52,633 nucleotides of DNA from the NCBI GenBank assembly GCA_031397435.1, contig JANNMC010000080.1, positions 1-52,633 of the forward strand, in the 5' to 3' direction. The DNA comes from Candidatus Eiseniibacteriota bacterium. Its GTDB lineage: Bacteria; Eisenbacteria; RBG-16-71-46; SZUA-252. Positions 19,183-28,578 of this stretch are shown in pieces; positions within the stretch are counted from its first letter, which is position 1, and each line of letters begins with the position of its first letter. A model generated the notes under the pieces. That model searched no databases, was not told where the DNA came from, and saw only the letters and a program-made list of their open reading frames with translations. The position numbers were made by a program, and so were the translations under genes.

Positions 19183-20339
19183 GGCCGCTTCGGATCGCGC
19201 TCCTCGGAGCGACCGGCTCGATCGGGTCGGCGGCGCTGGCGCTGGCGCGCGAGCACCCCGATCGCCTCTCCTTCGTTTCGTTGGCGGCGCGCCGGAGCGA
19301 CGTCGCGCTCGTCCGCGCGGCACGCGAGTTCGGCGTCGGGCGAATCGCGCTCGACGACACCGCGGCCGCGGCCCGGGCGCGCGCTGTCTTCGACGGCGAC
19401 GTGCTGGAGGGTACCAGCGGGATGGAGGCCCTTGCCGACGACGCCGAGGCCGATATCGTCGTGAACGCGCTCGTGGGCGTGGCTGGCCTGAGGCCGACAC
19501 TTTCCGCGCTCCGCGCGGGAAAGCGGCTCGCACTGGCGAACAAGGAGTCGATCGTCGTCGCCGGAGAACTGGTGACCGCTACCGCGGCCCGGCACGGCGG
19601 CGTCATCGTGCCGGTCGATTCGGAGCATGGCGGGCTCCACCAGTGCCTCGAGGGGCGCGCGGCCGAGGAGGTCCACCGCGTGCTTCTGACCGCGTCGGGA
19701 GGTCCCTTCCTCCGCCACGATCCCGCGACAACCGAGGATGCCGATCCCGAGGATGTCCTTCGCCATCCGACCTGGTCGATGGGGCCGCGCATCACGGTCG
19801 ACTCCGCCACGCTGGTGAACAAGGGCTTCGAGGTGATCGAGGCGCGGTGGCTCTTCGGACTCGCGCCGGCACAGCTCGACGTCGTCATTCACCCGCAGTC
19901 GATCGTTCACGCGATCGTGGAGTTCCGCGACGGGTCGATGGTGGCGCAGCTCTCGGTTCCCGATATGCGGCTTCCGCTCCTCTACGCGCTGACCTATCCC
20001 GAGCGCTGGGCGACCGCGCTTCCGCGTCTCGACCTGGCACACGTTGGATCGCTCCACTTCGAGGCGCCCGATCCGCGCCGCGCCCCGGGGCTCACGCTGG
20101 CTCGCCGAGCGCTGGAGCGCGGCGGAACCGCTCCGGCCGTCCTGAACGGCGCCGATGAGGAAGCGGTGCGCCTTTTCCTCGACCGGAAGATCCGCTTTGG
20201 CGATCTCACGCGCCTCGTCGGGGAAGTGCTCGACGCGCATGTCCCGCTTCCCGCGATGACGCTGGAGGCGGTGGAGAGCGCCGACCGCTGGGCGCGGGCG
20301 CGACTTCACGAAGCCGCGGCATCGAGGCTGCGAGCGTGA
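19179..20339 (+). CDS. dxr: 1-deoxy-D-xylulose-5-phosphate reductoisomerase
   Basis: [41 protein letters not shown]. Confidence 0.97.
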   Translation: MRPLRIALLGATGSIGSAALALAREHPDRLSFVSLAARRSDVALVRAAREFGVGRIALDDTAAAARARAVFDGDVLEGTSGMEALADDAEADIVVNALVGVAGLRPTLSALRAGKRLALANKESIVVAGELVTATAARHGGVIVPVDSEHGGLHQCLEGRAAEEVHRVLLTASGGPFLRHDPATTEDADPEDVLRHPTWSMGPRITVDSATLVNKGFEVIEARWLFGLAPAQLDVVIHPQSIVHAIVEFRDGSMVAQLSVPDMRLPLLYALTYPERWATALPRLDLAHVGSLHFEAPDPRRAPGLTLARRALERGGTAPAVLNGADEEAVRLFLDRKIRFGDLTRLVGEVLDAHVPLPAMTLEAVESADRWARARLHEAAASRLRA

Positions 20340-21394
20340 AAAAGCCGCGCCGGGCGGTGGCGGGCGCGGAGAGCGTCCTGGACCGCGATCGCCTCCTCGA
20401 TCTGGCTCGCCGGAGCGCGGGCGCGCGCGTCGTCGTGCTGGGCGACGTGGTGCTCGACCGCTACTGGGTGGGACGCTCGTCGCGCCTCTCCCGGGAGGCG
20501 CCGGTCCTCATTCTGGAATTCGAGGAGGAGCGGGGCGTTCCGGGTGGAGCGGCCAACGCGGCCGCGAATGTCCGGTCGCTGGGTGGCCGCGCGCGCCTCG
20601 TGGGGCGCTCCGGAAACGACCCGGCCGGCGGCTCGCTCCGCCGCGTGTTGAAGGCTCACGGGCTAGAGGCACGCTGGATCGTACGCGACGGGGCCATCGA
20701 CACGGCCGTGAAGACGCGGGTGCTCGCCGGGTCGAGCCACGCGGCGCGCCAGCAGCTGGTACGGCTCGATCGAGGCAAGCGGACCCTGGTCGGTCCCGCC
20801 GCCGAGCGAGCGCTCCTCGCGAGACTTCGAAACGCGCTCCACGGCGCCGATGCGCTCCTCCTCTCCGATTACGGCTACGGGGTCCTCGGTCCCGGCGTTC
20901 GCGCCCGCGCGCTCCGACTCGCGCGGAAGGCGCGCATCCCGATCGTGGTCGATTCCCGCTGGGCGCTCCGCTCCTATCGCGGCGCCACGCTCCTCACGCC
21001 GAACGAGCACGAGATCGCCGAGGCCTTCCACCTCCCATCGCTCGACGCCGGCGCGCTTCGCCGTGCGGGGGAGTCGCTCCGCGCGACAGCGGGGGCGGCG
21101 GCGGTCTGGATCACGCGCGGCAGCGACGGCATGATCGTCGTCGAACGGCGTGTCCGCGCGCGGCGCGTGCCGGTCGTCGGGGGAAACGACGTCGTCGACA
21201 CGACCGGCGCGGGAGACGCCGTGTCGGCCGCGGCCGCTCTGGCGCTCGGCGTCGGCGCCACGCAGACCGAGGCGGCGCTTCTCGCCACCTACGCCGCCTC
21301 GGTGGTGGTCATGAAGCGCGGCACCGCCACGGTGAGCCGCGCCGAACTCGAGGCCGCGATTCGCGCGCATCCGCTGCCGCGCCTTCGTTCGTGA
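20336..21394 (+). CDS. PfkB-family heptose-7-phosphate kinase (RfaE domain I/HldA-like)
   Basis: GD..LD.Y..G...R.SREAPV, GGAAN.A.N, LSDYG.G, TPN..E, D.TGAGD. Confidence 0.85.
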   Translation: MKKPRRAVAGAESVLDRDRLLDLARRSAGARVVVLGDVVLDRYWVGRSSRLSREAPVLILEFEEERGVPGGAANAAANVRSLGGRARLVGRSGNDPAGGSLRRVLKAHGLEARWIVRDGAIDTAVKTRVLAGSSHAARQQLVRLDRGKRTLVGPAAERALLARLRNALHGADALLLSDYGYGVLGPGVRARALRLARKARIPIVVDSRWALRSYRGATLLTPNEHEIAEAFHLPSLDAGALRRAGESLRATAGAAAVWITRGSDGMIVVERRVRARRVPVVGGNDVVDTTGAGDAVSAAAALALGVGATQTEAALLATYAASVVVMKRGTATVSRAELEAAIRAHPLPRLRS

Positions 21395-21900
21395 ACCGTC
21401 CGCCGCGCATCGTGGACGCCGAGGTGCTGGCTTCGGCGCTCGACGCGGATCCGGCGCTTCGCCACGCCTTGGTCCTGGCGAACGGAATCTTCGATCTCCT
21501 TCACGTGGGACATGTCCGGTATCTGGAAGGGGCGCGCGCCGAGGGGGAACGCCTCGTCGTGGCGCTCAACACCGATGCCGGCGCACGCCGGCTCAAAGGG
21601 GAGGGCCGTCCGGTCGTGCCGCTCTCGGAGCGGCTGGAGCTGATCGCCGCGCTCCGCTGCGTCGAGTGGGTGACCTGGTTCGACGACGATCGCGTGGATC
21701 GGCTCCTTCGCCTTCTTCGTCCCGCCGTCCACGCGAAGGGTACCGACTACACGGTCGAGTCGGTTCCAGAGCGCGCCTTGGCCTCGTCGCTGGGAATCCG
21801 CACCGCCATCGTCGGCGACCCGAAAGATCACGCGACCAGCGACATCCTGAGCCGGCTCCGAGTCGCCCCTGGCGGCGCCACGCCGGAGAAACGGGCGTGA
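21391..21900 (+). CDS. Heptose-1-phosphate adenylyltransferase (RfaE domain II/HldC-like)
   Basis: [16 protein letters not shown]....LKG.GRP, KG.DY. Confidence 0.88.
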   Translation: MNRPPRIVDAEVLASALDADPALRHALVLANGIFDLLHVGHVRYLEGARAEGERLVVALNTDAGARRLKGEGRPVVPLSERLELIAALRCVEWVTWFDDDRVDRLLRLLRPAVHAKGTDYTVESVPERALASSLGIRTAIVGDPKDHATSDILSRLRVAPGGATPEKRA

Positions 21901-22994
21901 TCGAGGCGGCACTCTTCAGCGAGGGCGCCGCCGACGCGGCTCCACCGCCTGTGGGCGCGCCGCGCCGGGTTCTCGTATCACGGCTTCGCCGCATCGGAGA
22001 CGCGATTCTCTCGCTCCCGCTTCTCGACGCGTTGCACGATCGATTTCCGGACGCGGTGATCGACTACCTTGCCGAGGCGGGACCGGCGCAGGCTGCCATC
22101 GGACACCCTGCCGTCACGACGGTTCACGCCGCGCCCGCGCGGGGAGGGTGGCTCATGCCTGCTCCGTGGCCGCTCCTTCGCGCTCTCCGGGGCGCGAATT
22201 ACGACTGGGTCATCGATCTCTACGGCAATCCCCGGAGCGCCCTCTTGGCCGCCTGGACGGGGGCCCCGATCCGAGTGGGCCCGTCCAGGCGGGGGAGGCG
22301 GCACTTCTACACCCATCACCTCGCCCGGGTCGATCAGCCGCTCTCGGCGGTGGCGCACCACCTCCTGGCGCTTCGGGCGCTCGGGCTCGTAGAGAGCCGA
22401 GCGCCCGTCGCTCCACGCATTCACCTGAGCCAGCGGGAATTGACGGAGGGGCAGGAGCTCCTCGCGGAACGGACTCCCGGAAACGGCCCCCGTGTGGGAC
22501 TTCACGTTGGAAATCGGTGGCCGGCCAAGCGCTGGCCCGAAGAGCGGTTCGCCGCTCTCCTTCGCCTTGTTTCTAGGTCCGGCATGGAGCCGGTGATCCT
22601 GGCGGGGCCGGGGGAAGAAGAGCTGGCGCACCGGGTGGCGATGGCCGCCCCGGCGGGCGGCGCCGCGGTCGTCACCGGGCTACCGCTTCGCCAGTACTGG
22701 GGTGTCGTGGCGGCGCTCGACGTGCTGGTCACGAACGACGGGAGCCCGCTCCACAGCGGGCCCGCGCTCGGCGTGCCGACCGTCGGCATCCTGGGCCCGA
22801 CCGTGCCCGAGATCTGGTTCCCGTACGACGCGCTCGATGGCCACCAACTGCTCTGCAAGGAGATCTGGTGCCGCCCCTGCCACCGACACGAGTGTGCCCG
22901 TCTCGACTGCCTCGATTGGATCAGCGTCGCGGAAGTGATGCGCGCCCTGGAGCGGGCCCTAACCCTGGGGGAGCGGCGGCGTGCCAGCGCGTGA
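21897..22994 (+). CDS. GT9 (heptosyltransferase-like) glycosyltransferase
   Basis: IGD.IL..P, AKRWP.ERF, NDG.PLH, V..LGPT; C-terminal Cys cluster. Confidence 0.9.
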   Translation: MIEAALFSEGAADAAPPPVGAPRRVLVSRLRRIGDAILSLPLLDALHDRFPDAVIDYLAEAGPAQAAIGHPAVTTVHAAPARGGWLMPAPWPLLRALRGANYDWVIDLYGNPRSALLAAWTGAPIRVGPSRRGRRHFYTHHLARVDQPLSAVAHHLLALRALGLVESRAPVAPRIHLSQRELTEGQELLAERTPGNGPRVGLHVGNRWPAKRWPEERFAALLRLVSRSGMEPVILAGPGEEELAHRVAMAAPAGGAAVVTGLPLRQYWGVVAALDVLVTNDGSPLHSGPALGVPTVGILGPTVPEIWFPYDALDGHQLLCKEIWCRPCHRHECARLDCLDWISVAEVMRALERALTLGERRRASA

Positions 22995-24066
22995 ACGGAT
23001 TCTGGTCATTCGCCATCGCGCGGCGGGCGACCTCCTCCTGACGACTCCGGCGTTTCGGGCGCTCCGGGAGGGCGTCCCCGGCGCGGAGATTGACGTCTTG
23101 GCGGCCAAGGGGATGGGCGCGCTGCTCGAGGGGAACCGCGACGTCGACCGCGTGCTCACCTTCGACCGACGCTCCCCCGTCTCTCAGCTCCTGCTCTATG
23201 CGCGGCTCGCCCGCGGCGGCTATTCCATGGTGCTCGACCTCGTGTCGAATCCACGGAGTGCGTTTCTGGCGGCCCTGACGCGCGCGCGGGTTCGCGCCGG
23301 GTACGACATTCCGGGGCGATCCTGGGCCTACACGCTTCGTGTCCCTCGGGAACCGCGGGGCGCCGACGGAAGTCCGCTGCTCCGCTACGCGCCCGAGGCG
23401 GCGCTCGACGTCGTCCGCGCACTCGGTATTCCGGCTCGCGGCCCCGATACCGATCTCCACTTCACCGTGAGCGCCACGGCCCGAGCCTCGATGGCCCATT
23501 GGCTGGAGAGCGCCGCGCCCGAGATCGCGGGCCGGCCGCTCGTGGCCTGTCTTCCCGTCGGCTCCTGGCCCGCGAAGACGTGGCTCCCGGAGCGCTTCGC
23601 CGCTACGATGGACGCGTTGGCCGGAGATGCCGCGCCGGTCTGGATCTGGGGGCCGGGGGAGCGGGAGGCGGTGGATGCCGTTCGAGCGCTCATGAAGAAG
23701 CCGTCGCTCCTCGCCCCGCCAACGGGCTGGCAGGAGCTCGGCGCGCTGCTCGAGCGCTGCGCGCTCTTCGTCGGGAACGACTCCGGTCCAAAGCACGTCG
23801 CCGTGGCGCTCGGGACGCCGACCGTGACGATCTTCGGGCCGACGCACCCGGCCACCTGGCACCCGCGACGCGGGCCGCACGTGGCCATCGAGGCCGCGGG
23901 CCTCGACTGTCTTCATTGCAACGCCAACCGCTGTCCGCTTTCGGAGGAGCGACACTTGCGCTGCATGCGCGACGTGACCTCCGAGCGCGTGGCCGAGGCC
24001 GCGCGGGCGCTCCTTCGGGATGCGGCGGGCCGCAGAGAAACGGAGCGATCGTGCGCGAGCCTCTGA
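22981..24066 (+). CDS. GT9 (heptosyltransferase-like) glycosyltransferase
   Basis: GDLLLTTP, AK.W..ERF, GNDSGPKH.A.A.G.PT..IFGPT; C-terminal Cys cluster. Confidence 0.92.
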   Translation: MPARERILVIRHRAAGDLLLTTPAFRALREGVPGAEIDVLAAKGMGALLEGNRDVDRVLTFDRRSPVSQLLLYARLARGGYSMVLDLVSNPRSAFLAALTRARVRAGYDIPGRSWAYTLRVPREPRGADGSPLLRYAPEAALDVVRALGIPARGPDTDLHFTVSATARASMAHWLESAAPEIAGRPLVACLPVGSWPAKTWLPERFAATMDALAGDAAPVWIWGPGEREAVDAVRALMKKPSLLAPPTGWQELGALLERCALFVGNDSGPKHVAVALGTPTVTIFGPTHPATWHPRRGPHVAIEAAGLDCLHCNANRCPLSEERHLRCMRDVTSERVAEAARALLRDAAGRRETERSCASL

Positions 24067-24836
24067 GCATTCTCGTCCCGGCGAAGAACGAAGCCCGGAA
24101 TCTCAACGCCTGCCTGGAGTCGGCGCGCTGGGCCGAGGAAGTGGTCGTGGTCGACTCCGGCAGCGACGACGGCTCGCTCGCGATCGCGCGCGCGATCGCC
24201 GATCGCGTCCTGGAGCACGAGTACGTGAACTCGGCGGCTCAGAAGAACTGGGCGCTTCCGCAAATGACCCATCGCTGGGTTCTGATCGTCGACGCCGACG
24301 AACGCGTCACACCGGCGCTACGCGCCGAGATCGAACGAATCCTCGCCGACCCTGCGCGGGCGGACGGCTACTGGATCTACCGCGACAATCACTTCCTCGG
24401 AAGACGAATTAGCGGTGCGGGGTGGCAGCGCGACAAGGTGCTCCGGCTCTTCGATCGGACGAAGGGCGCCTACCAGCCGCTCCACGTCCACGCCGAGGTG
24501 GAGGTCACGGGCCGCGTCGGATTCCTTCGCGAGCGGCTGCACCACGACACCTACCGCGATCTGGACCAGTACTTCGAGAAGTTTCTCCGCTACACGCGCT
24601 GGTCGGCCGCCGATCTGAAATCGCGCGGCATCCGCGCCTCGGGGCCGCGTCTTTTCCTACGTCCCATCGGGCGCTTCCTTCGCCAGTACCTGCTCGAAGG
24701 GGGATTCCGATACGGGCGGCACGGCCTCGTCCTCTGCATGCTGGCCGCCTTCTCCGTTTTCACGAAGTACGCGCGCCGCTGGGAGGATGAGACGCGAGGC
24801 GGGGACCCGCCATCACCCGGCGCTCCCCGGCCGTGA
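24051..24836 (+). CDS. GT2 glycosyltransferase, WaaE/KdtX-like
   Basis: KNE, VVDSGS.D, QKN.A, W.LIVDADE, VH. Confidence 0.88.
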   Translation: MREPLSILVPAKNEARNLNACLESARWAEEVVVVDSGSDDGSLAIARAIADRVLEHEYVNSAAQKNWALPQMTHRWVLIVDADERVTPALRAEIERILADPARADGYWIYRDNHFLGRRISGAGWQRDKVLRLFDRTKGAYQPLHVHAEVEVTGRVGFLRERLHHDTYRDLDQYFEKFLRYTRWSAADLKSRGIRASGPRLFLRPIGRFLRQYLLEGGFRYGRHGLVLCMLAAFSVFTKYARRWEDETRGGDPPSPGAPRP

Positions 24837-25945
24837 AGATCGCGTTCTTCGGAAGTTACGATCCCACCTATCCGCGCGTCCGCGTCTTCCGCGAGGGCCT
24901 CGAGGCGCGGGGCGTGGAGGTCCGCGACCTCCATGCCGCGCCGGGCCTGGCGCCGGGCTGGCGCGCCGCTGCCCTCTGCGCCGCGTGGATGACGCGGGGA
25001 AAGGGACTCGACGCGCTCCTGGTTCCCGCGTTCGGGCATCGCGACGTGGCAGTCGCGACGCTTCTGGGGCGCCTGGCGGGAATTCCCGTGATCTTCGATC
25101 CGCTCGTTTCTCGCTGGGACACGCAGGTGGGGGATCTGGGACGCGTGCGCGCGGGGAGCGTGAGCGCGGCACGGATGCGCTGGAGCGACCGTGCGTCGAT
25201 GCGGCTGGCCGACGGACTTCTCTGCGATACGTGGGAGCACGCTGATTTCTTCACGACGGCGATGGGGGTCCCGCGCCGGAAGATGACGCGCGTGCCGGTT
25301 GGAGCCGATGCCGAGACGTTTGCACGCGGGACCGCTCGCCGGCCGCGGGAGCCCGGCGGGCCGCTCCACGTCGTCTACATCGGCGGCTTCCTTCCGCTCC
25401 ACGGCCTCCCCGCCATCGTCCAGGCGGCGTCGCTCGTGGAGGCGCGCCGCGGTCCCGAATTCGCCCGATTCACGCTCCTCGGCGGCGGGATGCTCGCGCA
25501 CCGCGTGGCGCGTGACGTCGCCTCGCTCGGAATTCGGTCGGTCCGCCTAGTCGGTCGAAAGCCCTACCCCGAGGCGATGGAACTGCTGGCTGGTGCCGAT
25601 CTGGCGCTCGGCATCTTCGGCGTCACCGAGAAGGCGGCGCGCGTGGTGCCGCACAAGGTATTCCAGGCGCTGGCGCTCGGCGTGCCGACGATCACCCGCC
25701 GTTCCCCCGCGATCTCCGAGTTCTTCCGGGGAGGAGAACAGCTGACGCTGGTTCCGCCGGGCGACGGCGCGGCGCTGGCCGCCGCCATCGAATCGTTGGC
25801 CGCGGACGAAGCGGGGAGAGAGCGGATGGGCCGCGCCGGCCGCGTGGCGGCGCTCGAGGCGGGAGAACCGTCGCGCATCGGCTCGCTCCTCGTCGAGGCG
25901 GTGATGCGCGCCCGTGACGCGACGGCGCCCCGGGTCTCTCGATGA
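24833..25945 (+). CDS. GT4 glycosyltransferase
   Basis: YIG.FLPLHG, LGIFG...KA.RVVP.KVFQALA.G.P.IT. Confidence 0.85.
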   Translation: MKIAFFGSYDPTYPRVRVFREGLEARGVEVRDLHAAPGLAPGWRAAALCAAWMTRGKGLDALLVPAFGHRDVAVATLLGRLAGIPVIFDPLVSRWDTQVGDLGRVRAGSVSAARMRWSDRASMRLADGLLCDTWEHADFFTTAMGVPRRKMTRVPVGADAETFARGTARRPREPGGPLHVVYIGGFLPLHGLPAIVQAASLVEARRGPEFARFTLLGGGMLAHRVARDVASLGIRSVRLVGRKPYPEAMELLAGADLALGIFGVTEKAARVVPHKVFQALALGVPTITRRSPAISEFFRGGEQLTLVPPGDGAALAAAIESLAADEAGRERMGRAGRVAALEAGEPSRIGSLLVEAVMRARDATAPRVSR

Positions 25946-27090
25946 GTTCCCCGTCGCGCGGCGCCGGCGCCGGACGGCGGCTCCGCGTCCTTCACGTCGA
26001 TTCGGAGCGTCCGTGGCGCGGGGGAGAGCGGCAGGTGCTGGAGTTGATGCGCCGGCAGCGCCGCCGGGGCGACGAGCCGCATCTGGCCGCGCCCGCGGAC
26101 TCGGCCATCTTCAACAAGGCGCGCGAGGAACGATTCGCCGTCCATCCGGTCCCCATGCGGGGGACGTGGGACCTGGCGTCGGCTGTCGCCATCGCTGGGC
26201 TTCACCGGAGCCTTCGTCCCGATCTGGTCCACTGGCACGCGGCGCGGGCTCACGCGCTGGGCGCCATCGCCTCGCTCCTGGCCCCGGGTCCGGCTCGGAT
26301 TCTTTCCCGGCGCGTCGATTTCCCTGTCCGCCGGAGTCCCGGGAGCCGGCTCCTCTGGGCGCTCCCGGTGGAGGCGATCGCGGCCATCTCGGAAGGCGTT
26401 CGCGAGGCGCTGATTCAAAGCGGTGTCGCCCCGGAGAGAATTCGCGTGGTGCCGAGCGGGATCGACCTGTCGCCGTTCGACGAACCAGCCGACCGGGTCG
26501 CGCTCCGCCAGCGCTTCGGCGTCGCCCCGGAGGAGGTGCTGGCGATCCAGGCCGCCGCCCTGGCGCCCCACAAGTCGCAAAGCGACCTTCTGAAAGCAAC
26601 AGCGCTGGCCTGCCACGAGGCTCCTCGCCTCCGAGTTTGGATCGCCGGCGAGGGGCCGCTCCGTCGCTCGCTGGAAGAGGAGCACCGATCGCTGGGGCTC
26701 GGAACCGCCGTGCGCTTCCTTGGGTTTCGAGATGATGTGAATGATCTCCTCCGAGCGGCCGATCTATTCGTCGTCTCCTCGTACCTCGAGGGAATGGGGA
26801 CGGCCACGCTCGACGCCATGGCGGCCGGCCTTCCGGTGGTCGCGACCCGGGTCGGCGGCATTCCCGAGATCGTGGAGAGCGAACTGTCGGGACTTCTCGT
26901 CCCGCCCCGAGACCCCGGTGCTTTGGCCGCCGCCATGGTCCGGCTGGCGAACGACGCCGCGCTCCGCGCCCGGTTCGGGGAGGGGGGAAGAGTTCGCGTG
27001 AGAGATTTCTCCGCCGATCGAACCGAGCAACGGACCCGAGCCCTCTACGAAGAGGTCATGGAAGACCGAATCCCGGCGCCAGCCCCCTGA
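25942..27090 (+). CDS. GT4 glycosyltransferase
   Basis: WRGGE.Q, D.FV.SS..EG.G...LDAMAAG.PVVATRVGG.PE. Confidence 0.92.
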   Translation: MSSPSRGAGAGRRLRVLHVDSERPWRGGERQVLELMRRQRRRGDEPHLAAPADSAIFNKAREERFAVHPVPMRGTWDLASAVAIAGLHRSLRPDLVHWHAARAHALGAIASLLAPGPARILSRRVDFPVRRSPGSRLLWALPVEAIAAISEGVREALIQSGVAPERIRVVPSGIDLSPFDEPADRVALRQRFGVAPEEVLAIQAAALAPHKSQSDLLKATALACHEAPRLRVWIAGEGPLRRSLEEEHRSLGLGTAVRFLGFRDDVNDLLRAADLFVVSSYLEGMGTATLDAMAAGLPVVATRVGGIPEIVESELSGLLVPPRDPGALAAAMVRLANDAALRARFGEGGRVRVRDFSADRTEQRTRALYEEVMEDRIPAPAP

Positions 27091-27110
27091 GTGGCATCAC
27101 GAGGCGCTGG

Positions 27111-27139
27111 TTGAAGTCGCCATATCATCGTGCTATAGT
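27111..27139 (+). promoter_or_regulatory. Putative sigma70 promoter for rseP-tamAB
   Basis: TTGAAG-N17-TATAGT with extended TG, in a locally AT-richer gap. Confidence 0.7.
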
Positions 27140-27185
27140 CATTTAGCGGATTTTCGCCCTATCCCACGACTCCCGAGGGAACCCC

Positions 27186-28568
27186 ATGCTTCAGCTTGTA
27201 TCGACCGTCCTCTATGGCGCCCTGATTCTGGGCGTGCTGGTCTTCGTTCACGAATTGGGTCACTTCCTTGTGGCCAAGTGGCTCGGCGTCCGGGTCCTCT
27301 CCTTCTCGATCGGCATGGGCCCGCGGGTGTTCGGCTTCACGCGGGGCGAGACCGACTATCGAATCTCGCTTCTTCCGCTCGGTGGCTACGTGAAGATGGC
27401 CGGGGAGACGTCGGAGGGGGACGAGCGCACCGGTGACCCCGCCGAATTCCTGGAGAAGCCGTGGTGGGCGCGCGCGCTGATCAGCGTTGCCGGCCCCGCG
27501 GCGAATCTCGTCTTCGCGCTCTTCGTCTACATCGGGCTCTATCTGGTCGGCATCACCACGACCGACTACAGTGCCCATGTCGGCACCGTGAAGCCAGGCT
27601 CGCCCGCGGAAAAGGCGGGTCTCCAGGGTGGCGACCTCTTCGTTTCTTGGGACGGTAAGCCGGCCGCCACCATGGCCAGCCTCTCGGATGCGCTCGATCG
27701 AACCGCCGTGGCGAAGGGGGCCACGGCTCCCATCGCGCTCGCGATCAACCGGCAGGGGACGCCGCTGACGCTGCAGCTCCCGCGTGGCGACGCGCTGAAG
27801 GTCGCCGAGGGTATCGAGTGGGGGACCGATACGGAAATCGGAAAGGTCCTGATCGGACTTCCGGCTTACGCCGCGGGGCTCCGTGACGGCGATCGCGTCG
27901 TTCGGATCGATGGCAATTCGGTATCGACGTGGAACGAACTGGCTCGCGCGCTCCGGGCGAAGCCCGATGCCGTGGTGGCGCTCGAAGCGAGCCGCGAGGG
28001 GCAGCTCTTCACGGTCGAAGTTCGCACCACTCCCGAGGGCTTCGTCGGCATCTCTCCTCCGGAACTGATGACCTACCGCCAGACGTTCCCACCTGGCCGC
28101 GCGGTCATGCTCGGCTTCCAGCAGACGTTCGCCACGGTGGGACAGATCTACGCGGGACTCTGGGCGCTCGTCGCGAACCCGGGGCGGCTTGGAGAGAGCG
28201 TGGCCGGGCCGATCGCCATCTCCCAGGTGGCCCAGCAGACCGCCGCGAGCGGCGTGAACGAGCTGATCCGGTTCGGCGCCTTCATCAGCCTGGCCCTCAT
28301 GGCCATGAACCTCCTGCCGATTCCGATTCTCGACGGCGGGCACATTCTCTTCTCGATCATCGAAGGGGTGCGGCGGCGTCCGCTCTCGGAACGGACGCAG
28401 ATGGCGTTCCAGCGCGTCGGCCTCTTCCTCCTGGTTTCGCTCGTCGTCTTCTCGTTCTACAACGACATCAATCGGGTCAGTCAGCGCAAGCGCGCCGAGG
28501 CGGCGATCTCGAAGCGGCTTTCGAACCCGGCACCCGCCGACACGGCCGCATCGCCCGGCCGCCCCTGA
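27186..28568 (+). CDS. rseP: RIP metalloprotease RseP
   Basis: HELGH, LPLGGYVKM, AGP.AN, two PDZ domains, NLLPIP.LDGGH. Confidence 0.96.
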   Translation: MLQLVSTVLYGALILGVLVFVHELGHFLVAKWLGVRVLSFSIGMGPRVFGFTRGETDYRISLLPLGGYVKMAGETSEGDERTGDPAEFLEKPWWARALISVAGPAANLVFALFVYIGLYLVGITTTDYSAHVGTVKPGSPAEKAGLQGGDLFVSWDGKPAATMASLSDALDRTAVAKGATAPIALAINRQGTPLTLQLPRGDALKVAEGIEWGTDTEIGKVLIGLPAYAAGLRDGDRVVRIDGNSVSTWNELARALRAKPDAVVALEASREGQLFTVEVRTTPEGFVGISPPELMTYRQTFPPGRAVMLGFQQTFATVGQIYAGLWALVANPGRLGESVAGPIAISQVAQQTAASGVNELIRFGAFISLALMAMNLLPIPILDGGHILFSIIEGVRRRPLSERTQMAFQRVGLFLLVSLVVFSFYNDINRVSQRKRAEAAISKRLSNPAPADTAASPGRP

Positions 28569-28578
28569 CGCCGCCGCA

